A DNA stretch of 64,000 bases, taken from Octopus sinensis (lineage: Eukaryota). A program made the translations under genes and the position numbers. The DNA is taken from the NCBI RefSeq assembly GCF_006345805.1, contig NC_042997.1, positions 182,652,001 through 182,716,000 of the forward strand. Reading direction: 5' to 3'. The notes beneath the pieces were generated by a model. The model was given only the letters and a program-made list of their open reading frames with translations, ran no database searches and was not told the DNA's origin. Of the stretch, positions 60,601 to 64,000 are shown piece by piece; the stretch's first letter is position 1; each line of letters starts with the position of its first letter.

Positions 60601-63189
60601 TTTGTTTTTTTCTTTTTTTTTAGGCTTTGAAACCAATTAGAAATTCTACAATATGGATTCATTCTATGTGAAATACTTGTTTTAACTAACAAGCAAGTAG
60701 TTTAATAGTTATTTTGTTTGGTAGAGAAGCTATTGACCGTAGGGTTCAATAATAAAATATTGCATTTTGTGTGAAATCATCTCTAACGTATGTGTTTATG
60801 AGTGTGAATTTTTTTTCTTCACTTAAATCTTCATGGATGTTATCTGTAAAACGATAAGACAGAAAATTCTTATTGATTAGCTATTTATAAAGAATTTCCA
60901 GTCTCTTATTGTGGCCTAAATACTACTGAGTGGTATTTACATCTATTCTAATAATAACAATTTTCATTTTTCAAATCCTACTGAGTACTATTCAACTATT
61001 AAAAATTCAAGGTTTAAAACTATAATTTTATCTCTTTTGAATCATTAGACAAGCTCTAATATTTACATACTCATTATCATATTACTAATATTTCTTTGTA
61101 ATTTGAGGGATAGTTGGTAAAAGAAATAATTTATAATGTTTAGATTATCCTGTTCAGAAAGTATTCAGTACTATTGGGTAGAATACTGCTTCAGTCAGTC
61201 TCCATCAAACTGCGTGCGTGAGTTTTTGTGTGCATGCATGTGCATTGTGCATGCATTCATGTGTATGCACAGGTACACAATAATGTACATTTCAATGGGA
61301 AGTACACACAATATCAGCTATGAAATGACCTACATCCAACATCCCCTAAATCCATCTATAAAAACCTTTTAGCTAAAGTTATAAACAACACACAGACACT
61401 GCTTACCAAATATATAAAAAAAACACCCAGAACTAAAACTATTTTATCAGAAATTCTTTAAACCTCTACTTACCAATCACTAGTTTCGATCTGTATGAAC
61501 ATTTGTAAATTCCCCAAAGGGTCATTCAAGAGAATTCTTCATTGAATTTTTCACACAAATTTTTCAATGAAATTTTATAAAGATGACCACATTATACATA
61601 GATGTTGGTTTTGAAATTTTTTAATATATTTTTATATAAGACTAGTGATTCTCACCAAGTTCTTTTCAGCATTATTGAAATAGATTCAGTTGATGCCTTT
61701 CTAATATATTTAGATTTTTTCAGTTGCATTCAAAGTAACCTGCTTCACTCCTTTATCTTTCCTGATCAGTTTATATATTAACCACTTGTAATGTTAGCAA
61801 GTGTTATATATCATGTGGCTGACAAGTAATTGTCTTCAGTCCAACAGTGGCTGAGGAAGTGAATAATCATCAAAACATCTAGAGGTTCTACAAGATAACT
61901 TGTAGTAAATATTCCAAACCTAACTAATGCACTCACTCCTCTTCTCATCAACTGTAGTTTTTGCTTTATTCTTCAAGAGCTGTTATTCTTGCTGTTGTTT
62001 ATAACCTCAAGACCTATGATCAAAGCCATTCCAGTTGTAAACATTCAGTCTTTCGTTTTTACCTCAGCCACAATGTATCTAAAACTACATTATCCAGTAT
62101 ATGTTGCCTTTTTCTGACACAGCATGGTTTAATTTGATATTGTAGTTACTATTTTTAAAGTTCATGCATGTTCATAGTGACTCCATCTTTAGCATGTTTG
62201 TAGAGGTTTTTTCTTTGTGTAACACCAAATCAGCTTTGTAAGAAAATTCATGGTATGCAAGTAGTCAGCCACATAACAAGGTATGTAGGGCAGATATTGC
62301 TGGCAATTTGGCTGCAGTTATTAGCAGGTTAGCTGACTGCACAGTGCAACAATTCTCAAATGGTGTGTTGCAGCACCTTGGTGATTTACAAGGATACCTA
62401 GGTGCACCAAAGGTTTTTAAAATGAAATTTAAGGCTATAGAAAATCCTTACGAATGCTTGAGTGTTTTGAAAAATTTGTTATAAACAAATTTATAAAACA
62501 TAGTAAACAATAATTTTCTATATATTTTTCTTTCAAATTTTAAAACTTTAAAACAGTTTTATTAACTTTCCATGGGAAGTGTGCCAGTAAACTTTTGATT
62601 TCCAGAGTGTCATGAAATCAAAAAGATGGAAAGTATTTGTGTAAGGGCTCCCTCATTTTTTTTGTGTTTTTGATAAATGTGTATATACATCTACATATAT
62701 ATTGATTATATAGTAACGCTTTTTTTTTTTCTGTGTATCATTTTTTATCCCGACAAAGAGGGTTTATTAAAGATGTATATTAGTCAAAGGAGCAGTTGTT
62801 AATAATTCTTTCTATATTCTTTAACACAACTGCAATGCTCTTATTCATATAGTAGCTACACCTATTACTATAAGAACTATCATACATGATATCATTACTA
62901 TAGGGACTACTTTATTATTTAAGAAAAGACAAACTGTTTGCAAGCTAAAACCTCCAAAAAGTAAAACTGCCAATATTGAAGATATATGCCAGTTTGTGAT
63001 ATGTTTTGGATAATCAATAAGATGTAATAATAGCAGATGCTACATTTGGAATTTACTAACAATCTTGATGTCCTTACAAAAAGGACAGCTGAAATTTCCA
63101 GAAGTTATATAATAAAACATTTTGTATGTTTGGTAAAAACACAAATCTAAATGTATACATCAGAAAATTATAATAAATAATCTGTCATG

Positions 63190-64000
63190 GAAAGTAAACA
63201 AACACTTTAGTTACTTCGTTATAATAAATACTTCACCATATTGAATAAACAAACAATTTAACCAATCAGTTATAGTTTATCACAATTAGTAAACAAACAC
63301 TATAGTCAGTTATAACAAACAGTTGATTAGACACACTGTAATGCTTTAGTCATTTGAAATCAGTGAATGAAATGGCTTTAAGGAATAAGAGGTACACTAA
63401 GATCTGTGAGGCTCAGTTTGAGGAAGAGTGGAAAAGGTGTGGAGGTTAGATACTATAAGCACCCCCTATGCACACCTATCTCTGAGCTGAGAAACAGGGA
63501 GACACCCTCTCTCTCTGTGTACACTCTCCATCTCTGGTTTGAATAAATAGTTCAAGATTCACAGTAAACACTAGTTATTTAGTTATAAGAAATACGTTGC
63601 TATACTCATTAACAAACACTTTGGTTCATTAGTTATAATAAATAAATCATACAATGAGTAAACAAACATTTTACTCAGTTTTAATAAATTATTAATCATA
63701 CTGAGTAAACAAACGGTTTAGACAGTTATAATTAATAGTTCACTATACTGAGTAAACAAACACATTACTCAGTTATCACAATATAGTCCACCATATTCAG
63801 TTAACACACTCTACCCATGTCTGTAGCAATAACTAGTTCCTCATACTCAATAAACACACTAATATGTCAGTAACAATAAATAGTTAACCACACTCAGTAA
63901 ATACACTCTAGTATGTCAGTAAAAAGTTTGGTCATTAGTTTACCATACACTGTAAATGCACTGTAAAATGTCAGTTCACCATGCTTAGTAAACAAACACT
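63190..64000 (+). repeat. Degenerate 47-bp minisatellite, interrupted at about 63345-63560 and running off the window edge
   Basis: Unit approximately gagtaaacaaacactttagtcagttataataaatagttcaccatact; unit starts at 63656, 63703 and 63750 are 47 bp apart. Confidence 0.85.

Noticed and set aside
57564-64000. Short tandem repeats as possible CRISPR-like arrays
   Set aside because: Eukaryotic context, units are degenerate and contiguous without unique spacers, and there are no cas genes.

Overview
AT-rich eukaryotic genomic DNA, most likely an octopus or other coleoid cephalopod (inferred from the repeat families, the (TA)n microsatellites and the base composition). Positions 399-31060 (+) hold the 3' part of a spliced RAPGEF1/C3G ortholog, a Rap1 guanine-nucleotide exchange factor. 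Thirteen GT-AG exons join in one open frame and encode the YMQ autoinhibitory segment, a PxLPxK Crk-SH3 motif, the REM (RasGEF_N) domain and the complete CDC25-homology domain. The 5' exons lie outside the window. The most interesting signal is a set of unannotated, frame-preserving candidate micro- and cassette exons in the two long REM-domain introns (6, 30, 6 and 135 nt in a phase-1 intron; 9 and 69 nt in a phase-2 intron). There are also tandem in-frame acceptors and a candidate alternative terminal exon, which together suggest combinatorial splicing of the GEF. These come from splice-site, phase and ORF reading only and need RNA-seq. The rest is a possible long 3' UTR (about 33-42.7 kb) and a transposon-rich region with RTE, CR1-like and Penelope-like retroelements, mariner/Tc1 relics, piggyBac- and pogo-type MITEs and SINEs. 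It also contains several fold-back hairpins, a twin-priming-like inverted RTE insertion and a 47-bp minisatellite carrying Forkhead motifs. No rRNA, intact tRNA or CRISPR array was found. Family assignments rest on motifs recalled from known proteins, not on database searches.
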